Source of the DNA: Candidatus Nomurabacteria bacterium
Lineage (GTDB): Bacteria > Patescibacteriota > Minisyncoccia > Phycocordibacterales > SBAW01
Direction: 5' to 3'
Length of the DNA stretch: 64,000 bases
Assembly: GCA_943356415.1 (NCBI GenBank)
Contig: CALREW010000001.1
Location: 149,252-213,251, forward strand
Below the pieces are notes generated by a model. That model was not told where the DNA came from and made no database searches. It was given only the letters and a program-made list of their open reading frames with translations. Made by a program: the position numbers and the translations under genes. Shown here piece by piece: positions 49,095 through 58,320 of the stretch (positions are counted from its first letter, which is position 1; each line of letters starts with the position of its first letter).

Positions 49095-50343
49095 AGAGAG
49101 CATCCTTCGTTATGGCAGCCGCATCGGGAAGAAGGAAACTCTCGCCCGTCTGTCGACGGACACATTCGAACTGTCCTGTTTCAATGGTTTTCTTTCCTAC
49201 CACAACGCGAAGCGGTATCCCGATAAGGTCTGAATCTGCAAATTTTTCTCCCGCGCGCATATCGCGCTCATCGTAAAGCACCTCGACTCCCGCTTTCATA
49301 AGATCAGCATAGAGTTCGTCTGCCTTTGCTTTAACTGCCGCGTCACCACCTGAGAGCTCGATAAGGTGTACCTGTGCTGGCGCAATAGATTTTGGCCACA
49401 CCATTCCCTTCTCATCTGCGAATGTTTCTACCGCTACTCCCATCAAGCGTGTCGTGCCGATGCCATAACAACCCATGATCGGGTAATAGTCGCTGCCATC
49501 CTCTGCTTTATATGTATAGTTGAGCGCTTTTGGATATCGCTGCCCGAGGTCAAAAACATTTCCAACTTCAGAGGCAACGGCTTTGGTGAGTTTTGAACCG
49601 CCGCACTTCGGGCAGTTCTCACCTTCCTTCAAATCACCGGCTACTTCGACGTTAGTGCAGTAATCGCACGCAGAACAGTAGAGGATGGTGTCTTCTCCCG
49701 CATCGGTTAGCACCATAAATTCATAGGAAATCTTTTCACTGAAGCTACCTCCAGAAGCTTCAGTGACTTTCGCGACAAGACCGGTGCGTGTATAGACACG
49801 CAAGTAGGCTTCCTTCGCGATTGCATAAAAACGATCGAAGTCTTCCTGCGACGTATGAAAGCTGTACATGTCTTTCATGCCGAACTCGCGTCCGCGCATA
49901 ATGCCGCTTTTTGCACGCAACTCGTCGCGATACTTCTGTCCAATCTGATAGACCATGAGCGGAAGCTCTTTGTATGAGCGCGCGTACTCACCAACAATAG
50001 GCGTGACGATTTCTTCTTCACTCTGCCCTATCGCATATTCCTTTTCGGTGCGGCTCTGTAATTTGAAAAGCACATCAACCCCGTCCCAACCGCCTGTCAT
50101 CTTCCACGGCTCGCTCGGATGGAGTGTTGCCATCCGCGTCTCTTGCGCGCCAATACCATCCATCTCTTCACGAACGATCGCTTCAATTTTGCGCAATGTT
50201 CGAAGCCCAAGCGGCAGCATCGAATAAACACCTGCCATTTCCTTATGAACAAAGCCTGCTCGTATCAAAAGCTGGGCGTTCTTCGCGACTTCATCGGAAG
50301 GAACTTCCCTGCGCGTCTTGGTAAATAGGTGAGATTGCTTCAT
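49087..50343 (-). CDS. proS: Proline--tRNA ligase (short form, no editing insertion)
   Basis: LLIRAGF, KYRDELR..GIMRGREF.MKD.YSF, MGCYGIG. Confidence 0.94.
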   Translation of the reverse strand: MKQSHLFTKTRREVPSDEVAKNAQLLIRAGFVHKEMAGVYSMLPLGLRTLRKIEAIVREEMDGIGAQETRMATLHPSEPWKMTGGWDGVDVLFKLQSRTEKEYAIGQSEEEIVTPIVGEYARSYKELPLMVYQIGQKYRDELRAKSGIMRGREFGMKDMYSFHTSQEDFDRFYAIAKEAYLRVYTRTGLVAKVTEASGGSFSEKISYEFMVLTDAGEDTILYCSACDYCTNVEVAGDLKEGENCPKCGGSKLTKAVASEVGNVFDLGQRYPKALNYTYKAEDGSDYYPIMGCYGIGTTRLMGVAVETFADEKGMVWPKSIAPAQVHLIELSGGDAAVKAKADELYADLMKAGVEVLYDERDMRAGEKFADSDLIGIPLRVVVGKKTIETGQFECVRRQTGESFLLPDAAAITKDALYV

Positions 50344-50419
50344 ACCCCTTTGTGAAGCCATTGTACGTTATGAGGCTCAGGGGTCAAAAGTCCTCCCATG
50401 GTGTAATTGGATCTTTCCT

Positions 50420-50539
50420 TAAGCCGCTCAATGACCCCAGATACAAGGCGTGATCGAGGAGCGAACTGAGACGTATCACGTATACGGCGAAAGAGCACCG
50501 CAGATCACAACGAAGTAGCTGGGGTTAGTCAGCGGCTTA
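50420..50539. repeat. ~120-bp palindromic element, copy C
   Basis: Terminal TAAGCCGCT/AGCGGCTTA; core shared with 18970-19086. Confidence 0.75.
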
Positions 50540-51634
50540 GAAGAGCTTCAAAATATCGTTATAGGTAACTACCAACATCAACACGATTAGAAGTACGAAG
50601 CCAGCTCCATTAACCCAAAGCGAAACAACGGACGGTATGGGGCGTCGCATCACTGCTTCAACAACCACCATGACAAGCCTGCCTCCGTCGAGTGCTGGAA
50701 ATGGGATGAGGTTAATGATGGCGAGGTTGATGGATATGATGGCCGCAAGCATCAACACCGACACAAAGCCAAACTCAGACGCTTCACCCACAACTCCAAC
50801 AATCCCCACCGGACCTGCAACCGTTGAGAAGTCTGCAGAGCCAGTAACAACACCCGAGAAAAATCCCCACAGCCCAACCGCTGTGTCACGAAGAAGTCTG
50901 CCAGTGAGTATCCCTCCTTCTATAAGAGCAAGGTGAACTGGCAAACGACGTACTCCAACATCCTCAAGCATTACACCAAGCGCAGCTTTCCCTTCTACGA
51001 GCCCTTCAACAGGATGCATCGTTACCTTGCGCTCGGTCTCTCCACGCGCAAGTGTGAGCGTGAGATCTTCACTGCCATGCTGCGCGATAAAGTGACGTAC
51101 GTCATCTGCAAGCGCATCTTTTTCAAGAAACGCACCTTGTGTGGCTTCAATGCGCACCACCCGCTCTCCTGAAATAAGGCCAGACGTTTCTGCGGGAGAA
51201 CCCGGAGCAATGCCAAGTACCGTGACGTGCGCGTCGGTGACCACCCCTAGACCAGTGTCACTTGCTGCTGCAGGAAGGCCGACCATATATCCGACTGAAA
51301 GAATGAGCCACGCAGCAACGACGTTCATAAAAACGCCCGCAACGATCACTAGCGCTTGGATCCACCAGCTTTTTTTAGCAAAAGAACGCGCTGTGCTCTC
51401 TCCGGATGCATCAGCCTCCGCACCATCTTCACCAAATATCTTTACGAACCCTCCAAACGGCAACGCATTTATGGTGTAGTCCGTCTCGCCGTATCGGCGC
51501 CCCCACAGTCGGGGAGGAAATCCAATACCAAACTCATCGACACGTATTTTGAAAAGTTTTGCAACAGAAAAATGCCCAAACTCATGGACGAGGATGAGTC
51601 CGAGCAGTATTACGATAAAGAGAAGTATCGCCAT
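50537..51634 (-). CDS. rseP: RIP (site-2) metalloprotease
   Basis: HEFGH, PDZ, NLIPFPALDGG. Confidence 0.92.
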   Translation of the reverse strand: MAILLFIVILLGLILVHEFGHFSVAKLFKIRVDEFGIGFPPRLWGRRYGETDYTINALPFGGFVKIFGEDGAEADASGESTARSFAKKSWWIQALVIVAGVFMNVVAAWLILSVGYMVGLPAAASDTGLGVVTDAHVTVLGIAPGSPAETSGLISGERVVRIEATQGAFLEKDALADDVRHFIAQHGSEDLTLTLARGETERKVTMHPVEGLVEGKAALGVMLEDVGVRRLPVHLALIEGGILTGRLLRDTAVGLWGFFSGVVTGSADFSTVAGPVGIVGVVGEASEFGFVSVLMLAAIISINLAIINLIPFPALDGGRLVMVVVEAVMRRPIPSVVSLWVNGAGFVLLIVLMLVVTYNDILKLF

Positions 51635-51637
51635 GCG

Positions 51638-52189
51638 TTAGGCTGATATCTCTGACTCCTTTTTCCTCAAAAGTTCTTCAAACATCTTTCCTGCGGCGTC
51701 TACATGCTTTTGCATTTCGTCGCGGTAGCGAAACTTCTCGTCTTCGCCGTATTCTTTTGCCTTCTCACGCTTATCGATGTCGCTCTGCACTTGATCACGT
51801 TCATGACGTAGTTGTTTGCGTGTCTCCTCAAGACGTTCCTTTGCAAGCTTCATCAACATATCCCGACGTTCGGAAGTTAGTTCTGGAAAGAAGACCCGGA
51901 CTCCCTTCTCATCAGCACCGACTGATACACCTAAATTTGCAGATACAATCGCGCGCTCTACTTCTTTACCATCCGCGGTATTCCACGGTGCGATACGCAA
52001 GGTTCGAGAGTCTTCTACCGTCACACTCGCCAACTGGTTTATTGGCATGCGCGTTCCATAAAGTTCAACCTGCACTCCATCGAGAATTGCCGGCGTTGCG
52101 CGTCCCGTGCGAATTCCTGAAAGTTCACGACCAAAATGTTCGGTTATTTCCGCGATGCGTGCCTGAAACGGTTTAAAGTCGTATGCCAT
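51638..52189 (-). CDS. frr: Ribosome recycling factor
   Basis: IRTGRATP, PELTSERR. Confidence 0.95.
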   Translation of the reverse strand: MAYDFKPFQARIAEITEHFGRELSGIRTGRATPAILDGVQVELYGTRMPINQLASVTVEDSRTLRIAPWNTADGKEVERAIVSANLGVSVGADEKGVRVFFPELTSERRDMLMKLAKERLEETRKQLRHERDQVQSDIDKREKAKEYGEDEKFRYRDEMQKHVDAAGKMFEELLRKKESEISA

Positions 52190-52193
52190 AGAT

Positions 52194-52221
52194 ACAGATT
52201 ATAGATGATAGAAGATAGAAA
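52194..52221 (+). repeat. 7-mer array (left of four-helix-bundle gene)
   Basis: ACAGATT ATAGATG ATAGAAG ATAGAAA. Confidence 0.7.
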
Positions 52222-52228
52222 GGAAGAA

Positions 52229-52576
52229 TTAACCCTTAACACGTATCAACCCCGCTAACATTTTTTGAACTTCAGAGAGTTTAGTAAGCACGTCCCCTAG
52301 AGTAACGTTTGGATACAACCGGGAGACCAAAATGAGCTGAGTCTCCGCCTCAGCTGCCGAGCCACTTGCGATATGTAAAAAATGTACGAATTCTTTCTTG
52401 GTTCCACGTTTAGCCCCCTCAGCAATATTAGATGGAATTGATACCGCCGCTCTACAAAGCTGCGATGCAAGACCAAAACGTTCGCTCTCAGGCAAATTGC
52501 GAGCTGTAAGATAAATATCTTTCACAACATCCATGGCTTTTCGCCAAACAATCAAATCTTTTACAGAATTCTGCAT
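52229..52576 (-). CDS. Four-helix-bundle protein (23S rRNA IVP / bAvd-like family)
   Basis: DLIVWRKA, E.FGL.SQL.RAAVSIPSNIAEG, FLHIASGS..E.ETQ. Confidence 0.92.
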   Translation of the reverse strand: MQNSVKDLIVWRKAMDVVKDIYLTARNLPESERFGLASQLCRAAVSIPSNIAEGAKRGTKKEFVHFLHIASGSAAEAETQLILVSRLYPNVTLGDVLTKLSEVQKMLAGLIRVKG

Positions 52577-52584
52577 TGCGCGTG

Positions 52585-52619
52585 TTTCTATTTTCTATTT
52601 TCTGCCTTCTTCTTATCTA
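52585..52619 (-). repeat. 7-mer array (right), inverted relative to left
   Basis: TTTCTAT TTTCTAT TTTCTGC CTTCTTC TTATCTA. Confidence 0.7.
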
Positions 52620-53315
52620 GAGTTTATAGACCACATCCTTACGTTCAACGACGACCGGCCAGCCCATGCGCTGTGCGTAGCGATATAACTTTTTATTTGG
52701 ATTAAAAACCAGTGGCTTTTCTACCATTTCAAGGAAACTAATGTCGCTCTCGGTGTCACCCACCCCGACAGACCCCTTCAGCGTAAGACCTTCTTTCTCT
52801 ATCGCTCGCTTCACAATATTTGCTTTGTTGCCAATGAGGTGCAAGTCGAGCACCGCACCCGTAAAGCAATCGTTGGGTCCAACGTCGTACATCATGCCGT
52901 ACACCTTATGGAAGCCGAGTCGGCGTGCAAATTGGTCCACCACAAGTTTCGGTGAATGCGATATTGCGAGCATATAGTATCCACGCTCGCGGAGATTTCG
53001 TACAAGCGCTGCAGTGTGCAAATACGTGCGGAAGCCAAGACGTTCAACGAGACGTTTTCCCGCCCACTCAAGCTGACGATACTCAACTCCTTTTAAGTTG
53101 CGGACAAACGCTTGGACCGTTGCGCCAACATAGGCTTCATAATCGCCTCGCCGATCGAGCCAGGCTTCTTTTTCTTTTTGATACGTTCCACGCACCGATG
53201 CGTCAAAGACTCCTGCTGCAATAAGTTCTTCTACCAGCTCAATAAGAAGTGAGGAGCGAAAGATGGTCCCATCGATATCGAATATCGCAACTTTCCTCAC
53301 TGGCTTCGTAGTCAT
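52617..53315 (-). CDS. HAD-IB family hydrolase
   Basis: FDIDGT, GDTESD, NP; ATG at 53315. Confidence 0.88.
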   Translation of the reverse strand: MTTKPVRKVAIFDIDGTIFRSSLLIELVEELIAAGVFDASVRGTYQKEKEAWLDRRGDYEAYVGATVQAFVRNLKGVEYRQLEWAGKRLVERLGFRTYLHTAALVRNLRERGYYMLAISHSPKLVVDQFARRLGFHKVYGMMYDVGPNDCFTGAVLDLHLIGNKANIVKRAIEKEGLTLKGSVGVGDTESDISFLEMVEKPLVFNPNKKLYRYAQRMGWPVVVERKDVVYKL

Positions 53316-53329
53316 CAAGGTAAGTATAG

Positions 53330-54019
53330 CTAATGCGCCTTTGTGCGAAATACCTTCCCCGCTTTTGGATATATGGTAACAAGTGGGTCCTTTGAGGTGT
53401 CGTAGGCTCGTGCCGGAGCAATGCGACGCCCGTAGTAGATGACGCGGTGGGTAAAATGTGGCCATTCTTTCTTTGGGAGCATCTGCATCAAGTCTCGCTC
53501 GATGCGAACTGCATCTTTGTAGTCAGAGAGATCGAAGCGGTGCACAAAACGTATGACATGCGTGTCTACCGTGATACCACCGCTTTCACCATACAGGTCG
53601 CCGAGGATAACGTTGGCCGTCTTACGACCCACGCCAGGTATTTTTATCATCTCCGGAAGCGTGGTCGGCAGCTTCCCCTTCAAATTATTCTTTACGTATT
53701 TTGCTGCAGCAAGAATGTTGCGCGTCTTTGCATTTGCAAAAGTGACTGAGCGTATAAGTTTTGAAAATTCTGCCGGATCAGCCACGCAATAGTCGTTGAG
53801 TGTTTTATAGCGTTTAAAAAGCGCCGGAGTCACCCGGTTTACCATTTTATCCGTGCACTGAGCAGACAACTGTACTGCAACCATAAACTGCCATGGCGTT
53901 TTATAGACCAATTCGGTTATGGCTTCAGGGAACAGTTTCTTTAGAGCCTTATCAAGCTTCAAAATACGAGCCTTTCGCTCGGCTAACTTTTTGCCCGTCA
54001 TGGCTAGCTTGCTGGGCAT
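53330..54019 (-). CDS. nth: Endonuclease III lacking Fe-S cysteines
   Basis: LSAQCTD, PGVGRKTA, VDTHV; ATG at 54019. Confidence 0.92.
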   Translation of the reverse strand: MPSKLAMTGKKLAERKARILKLDKALKKLFPEAITELVYKTPWQFMVAVQLSAQCTDKMVNRVTPALFKRYKTLNDYCVADPAEFSKLIRSVTFANAKTRNILAAAKYVKNNLKGKLPTTLPEMIKIPGVGRKTANVILGDLYGESGGITVDTHVIRFVHRFDLSDYKDAVRIERDLMQMLPKKEWPHFTHRVIYYGRRIAPARAYDTSKDPLVTIYPKAGKVFRTKAH

Positions 54020-54050
54020 AATGACTAGATAGTACTCCACCTCGGATCTA

Positions 54051-54079
54051 TTGACACAGTGGCAGAGTCGGTCTATAGT
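54051..54079 (+). promoter_or_regulatory. sigma70-like promoter
   Basis: TTGACA-17-TATAGT. Confidence 0.8.
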
Positions 54080-54157
54080 CTTTTTTGGTTCGCTTCTCAG
54101 ACCTGGCAACCGCCAATTTCCCCGAAATAAAGGTCTACCATCGCGAAAGGACGTCCT

Positions 54158-54817
54158 TTGACCAAGACCGCCCCGTTCACTGCCCGTCTCCACGCTGCCA
54201 TGGCTGCTGACGGTTCCACTATCCGCCCGCCCGAGCTGGGCGCCGGCATCAAGACCAAAGGCTACCGCGCCTACGGCATCGTCCCGCACAACCTGCGCGG
54301 CCTGACGGCTTTCCACCATGAGACCCGCACGGCCGTCAACGGCATGCTGGACGAGGCCATGCGCATCAGCGCGGACTGCCTGAAGGGCAACTGCGCCTGC
54401 AAGGCCGGCACCTTCGATGTGGTGAAGTTCGCCGACGAGCTCGCGCTCCTGACCGGCGACCTGACCAAGATCGATGGCATCCTGCTCCCCGAGCTGGCGC
54501 CTGCGCTCAACGGCCTCGATCTGAACTTCACCCAGTACGTCATCGGCGACGACTGGTCCATCAAGGCCCCGGCCGACGCCATGCGCAAGCAGAACCCGCT
54601 CGCGATGTTCAGCGAGATGCTGTTCGGCGATGCTGCTGGTCGATCGCCCTTCGGTCGCGGTCGTCGCGAGCGCAACGACGACATGATGGTCGAGGTCATC
54701 GAAATCGGCGGCATGCGCGGTGGTGGCTCGCCCTTCGGTGGCGCCACCACGCTCCGCGATCTGCTCGGCCGTCTCCGCGGCAGCCGGCGTCACGATCAGT
54801 ACGCCGGCTCGGCGTAG
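54158..54817 (+). CDS. Hypothetical protein (solo unit)
   Basis: AAAGGA SD with TTG start; extreme C/G-ending codons; hairpin at 54858-54886. Confidence 0.8.
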   Translation: MTKTAPFTARLHAAMAADGSTIRPPELGAGIKTKGYRAYGIVPHNLRGLTAFHHETRTAVNGMLDEAMRISADCLKGNCACKAGTFDVVKFADELALLTGDLTKIDGILLPELAPALNGLDLNFTQYVIGDDWSIKAPADAMRKQNPLAMFSEMLFGDAAGRSPFGRGRRERNDDMMVEVIEIGGMRGGGSPFGGATTLRDLLGRLRGSRRHDQYAGSA

Positions 54818-54920
54818 CCTCCTCAACCTCTACTCGGCGCGCCTCGCGCGCCGGTGGAAGCGCCCCCTTTTCGGAGGGGGCGTTTTCAATTGCAGGAGAC
54901 TTTTAAGTTTGCAAGGAAGA

Positions 54921-56003
54921 TTATTTCTCTAACTTTCCAATGCGTACTCCGATAAGGCGCACTTTTTTCTTACGAGGATTCTCGCGTCGATCAAAAAACG
55001 GCAATACTAACTTGATGGCACGCATCTCAAGATCTTTGACTGAAGAGAGCGGCTCGTCAGCTGTGACCGCTCGCGTATAGGTGGCGAAGTCTTCAAAACG
55101 GACTACGATGCTTACGTTGCGAAACGCGGTGAATCCATCTTTGTGCATACGTGAAATAACTTCTTTCGCCTCCCGCTCGATAACCACAAACGCATCGCGC
55201 ACGTCAGAGATATCGACGTCGAGCGTTTCATCAACACCGATAGTTTTTGCATCAACTTCTACCTCCGCAACCTCACGATCATCCCTCCCCCACAGTCGCT
55301 CATAGAAGGTAAAGCCGAAACGCCCAAGCAGACGCTCACATTCTTGCCAGGAAAGTTTGCGTGCATCCTCAACCGTTTTAATCCCTCGACGATTAAGGAG
55401 TTCTTCTGTCTTTCTGCCAATACCTGGAATAACTGAGACAGGGAGCGGCGCAAGCAACCCTTCGACTTCTCGCAAGCGCACAACAAAAAGCCCATCTGGT
55501 TTGGCACGCTCACTTCCAAACTTCGCGAGCATTTTGTTTGGAGCAACACCGATTGAAGCGGGTAGTTTCGTTTTTGTGCGTATCTCACGACGAAGCTTCT
55601 TCATTGCCGCTTCTGCCTTTGCAAAACTGCGAAGGCTCGAGAGGTCTATATATCCTTCGTCCACACTCGTTTGTTCAAGCGAAGGGTAGGTACGTCGAAC
55701 AATGTCGAACACTTCACGCGACGCTGCACCATAGCGTCCAGACTTCGGCACAATAAATGCGACGCCAGGTTTACCCTTCGCTCGCGCTTCTTCAGAAAAT
55801 CTCCATGCGCGGCTAATCGGAATAGCAGAGCGGATACCATATTCGCGTGCCAAATAATTTGCCGTCGAAACTACACCACGGCCAGTGCCACCAGCCGGGT
55901 CTGCCCCTACGGCGATAGGTCTTCCGCGCAAATGCGGCTTGTCACGCTCTTCTACCGAAGCAAAGAAAGCGTCCATATCCAGATGTGCGACGATGCGCGC
56001 CAT
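54921..56003 (-). CDS. dinB: DNA polymerase IV
   Basis: HLDMDAFFASVE, ANY.AR, SVDE, KPDG. Confidence 0.95.
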   Translation of the reverse strand: MARIVAHLDMDAFFASVEERDKPHLRGRPIAVGADPAGGTGRGVVSTANYLAREYGIRSAIPISRAWRFSEEARAKGKPGVAFIVPKSGRYGAASREVFDIVRRTYPSLEQTSVDEGYIDLSSLRSFAKAEAAMKKLRREIRTKTKLPASIGVAPNKMLAKFGSERAKPDGLFVVRLREVEGLLAPLPVSVIPGIGRKTEELLNRRGIKTVEDARKLSWQECERLLGRFGFTFYERLWGRDDREVAEVEVDAKTIGVDETLDVDISDVRDAFVVIEREAKEVISRMHKDGFTAFRNVSIVVRFEDFATYTRAVTADEPLSSVKDLEMRAIKLVLPFFDRRENPRKKKVRLIGVRIGKLEK

Positions 56004-56022
56004 CTACGCAGTGTACGGGTTT

Positions 56023-56664
56023 TTACTTTTGGACGGGCACCACCAGCGCCAGGTGCTCGAGAATCATCTTGACCGAAGGAGAAGGACCCATCAGGTAGGA
56101 GCGCATTTGAGATAACTCAGTTAGAGCGTGGCGTATTGGTGCTTTTTTTATATCTTTGCGTAGCAGCGATTCGAGTCCATCAATAAGTTCGCGAGCTGCA
56201 TGCTTTTCTTTATCCTCAACTACTTTTGAAATAAGTTTGCTGCGAGCCGCAGGTGCTGCAGCAATAAACTCCTCTGCCAATCCCTTTTCAGACTTCTTTG
56301 TCGGAAGTGCAATGGCAACAAGTCGCGAACGCACCGTGGCAATAAGAGTTCCGTGTGGCACAAGAAGCGCAAAATGCGTATCAGCCGTTGGTTCTTCGAG
56401 CGTCTTTAACAGCGCGTTCTGTGCTTCGCGCGTGAGCGATTGCGCAGCAATCACAAATAATTTCTTTCCTCCTGCGCTTGAAAGTGAAGCAAGTGCAGTG
56501 AGCTCTCGTGCGTCATCAACTCCAAGATTCTCGAACTGACGCACGTGTATATCAGGATTGTGCGCGGCAGAGAGTCCAAGCTCACGTACAAGCAGAGCTG
56601 CGAGTTCTTTGCTACGCATTGGTGACCCATATGCGACATAGGCATGATGCTGAGAAAGCGACAT
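56023..56664 (-). CDS. holB: DNA polymerase III delta'-like subunit (truncated AAA+)
   Basis: AQNALLKTLEEP, TVRSR; ATG at 56664. Confidence 0.8.
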   Translation of the reverse strand: MSLSQHHAYVAYGSPMRSKELAALLVRELGLSAAHNPDIHVRQFENLGVDDARELTALASLSSAGGKKLFVIAAQSLTREAQNALLKTLEEPTADTHFALLVPHGTLIATVRSRLVAIALPTKKSEKGLAEEFIAAAPAARSKLISKVVEDKEKHAARELIDGLESLLRKDIKKAPIRHALTELSQMRSYLMGPSPSVKMILEHLALVVPVQK

Positions 56665-56758
56665 ACAAAGCATTCTACCAAAATGAAACGCCGGCCTGGG
56701 AAGGCCGGCGGCGCCGAATGGCGCGAACTTCGGGGGAATCAACCGTTTCTTCTTGGAG

Positions 56759-57145
56759 TTAGCGGCCCTTTCGGAGATCCGCCAAACTCTCCTCTACCTG
56801 CTCCTTGTGGTAGAGGATGAAGTCCTTGAAGGCGGTTTGGCCGCCCCGCTTGAATTGTTCTTCTCCGTGTAAGACGAAGTTGAGGGCCAAGACGATCACG
56901 TCGAGATCGCGTTGTTCACCCTTCCAGCCGCACAGGTGCTGGTTGTCCTCGTTTTCCGCCATGCACAGCAGCTGACGTTTGAGCGTGAGTAGTTTCGCTC
57001 GCGTCATGTCGACAGTGAACAGGTCAAGCGCCTTGCGTTGCTTGACCCACCCCTGCTCTTCCGCGGTAGTCGTCTGCGCCTGGCCGGAAGCGACCAGAAA
57101 CAGTAGTGCAGCCACAACCAAAGTCGCGGCACGCATTGGGTTCAT
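56759..57145 (-). CDS. Secreted hypothetical protein (solo unit)
   Basis: Signal peptide ending GQA; GGGAGG SD; hairpin at 56689-56710. Confidence 0.72.
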   Translation of the reverse strand: MNPMRAATLVVAALLFLVASGQAQTTTAEEQGWVKQRKALDLFTVDMTRAKLLTLKRQLLCMAENEDNQHLCGWKGEQRDLDVIVLALNFVLHGEEQFKRGGQTAFKDFILYHKEQVEESLADLRKGR

Positions 57146-57267
57146 TTCTGCCTCCCGACCGCTTCTACTGGCACAAGGCGATTGCCTGTCCTAGAACGGT
57201 CTGCCAGGTATAAGACTACAGCTACACTAGGTCGTCAATACACCCTTGTTGATAGTCAATGTTGCCT

Positions 57268-58281
57268 CTACCTCTTAGCAATAATGGAGCGCTTATACGT
57301 ATCGAGGTGCTCGAGAGCGATGCCAGTCCCCTTCGCTACACAATAGAGCGGATCTTGAGCAAGTTCAGCGCGTACGCCGGTGCGGCGCAAAACAAGTTCA
57401 GGAAAATTGCGCAACTGACTCGTGCCACCCGTCATGATGATGCCATAGTCGATGATATCGGCCGCAAGCTCTGGCGGCGTCTCTTGCAGAACATCGCGAA
57501 TCGCTTTGATTATCTCGCGCAATTCACGACCAATTGCTTTTACTATTTCGTTGGTGCGGATTTCAGTCTGACGTGGAAGCCCGGTGATAAAGTCGCGTCC
57601 TTTAATGATCATCGCGAGCTCTTCTTCAACCGGCACCGCGGAACCAACCTGTATTTTTATTTGCTCTGCCGTCTTGTCTCCAATCGCAAGGTTAAAGGTC
57701 TTCTTTATATAGTCAGCGATAGCGTGATCAAGCCTATCGCCCGCACACTTCACCGACGTTGAGGCGACGATGCCGCCGAGAGAAATCACTGCGACGTCAG
57801 TGGTTCCTCCACCTATGTCGACAATCATATGTCCGCGTGGTTCTTGGATGGGAATACCTGCGCCGATAGCGGCAAGCACCGGTTCTTTAACCACATACGC
57901 GTTTCGCGCACCCCCCTTTATCGCCGCCTCAACAACTGCGCGGCGCTCAGTTGATGTAACACCTGCCGGCACCGATACCATTACTTCAGGTTTAAAGAAT
58001 GAGAAGCGTCCCATCGCTTTGCCGATAAAGTAACGCAGCATCGCCTGCGTCACGCGATAGTCCGCGATAACCCCGTCGCGCATCGGCCGATACGCGATAA
58101 TCTCGTCCGGCGTGCGGCCGATCATTTCCTTTGCTTCAAAGCCAACCGCAAGAATGCGCTTATCTATTTCTGAAATAGCGACAACTGAAGGTTCGTTGAG
58201 GATGACACCTTTACCGGGTACGAATACGAGTGTATTTGCAGTGCCTAAGTCGATTCCGAGTTTTGGAGAGAAAAACGACAT
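57268..58281 (-). CDS. mreB: Second MreB/Mbl paralog
   Basis: IDLGTANT, DIGGGTT, GGTSQL. Confidence 0.93.
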   Translation of the reverse strand: MSFFSPKLGIDLGTANTLVFVPGKGVILNEPSVVAISEIDKRILAVGFEAKEMIGRTPDEIIAYRPMRDGVIADYRVTQAMLRYFIGKAMGRFSFFKPEVMVSVPAGVTSTERRAVVEAAIKGGARNAYVVKEPVLAAIGAGIPIQEPRGHMIVDIGGGTTDVAVISLGGIVASTSVKCAGDRLDHAIADYIKKTFNLAIGDKTAEQIKIQVGSAVPVEEELAMIIKGRDFITGLPRQTEIRTNEIVKAIGRELREIIKAIRDVLQETPPELAADIIDYGIIMTGGTSQLRNFPELVLRRTGVRAELAQDPLYCVAKGTGIALEHLDTYKRSIIAKR

Positions 58282-58320
58282 ATCGGAGACATCATACAGG
58301 ATTTACTACGAAGCTGAGAA

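Noticed and set aside
52229-52576. Diversity-generating retroelement
   Set aside because: No reverse transcriptase or TR/VR pair is visible in the window; only the bAvd-related fold is present.
53330-54826. 498-aa ORF suggesting an N-terminally extended Nth
   Set aside because: The extension is the antisense of the 54158-54817 unit; Nth homology starts near ATG 54019.
48039-58281. Two mreB paralogs and a split dcw cluster as novelty
   Set aside because: Multiple MreB paralogs and fragmented dcw clusters are common.
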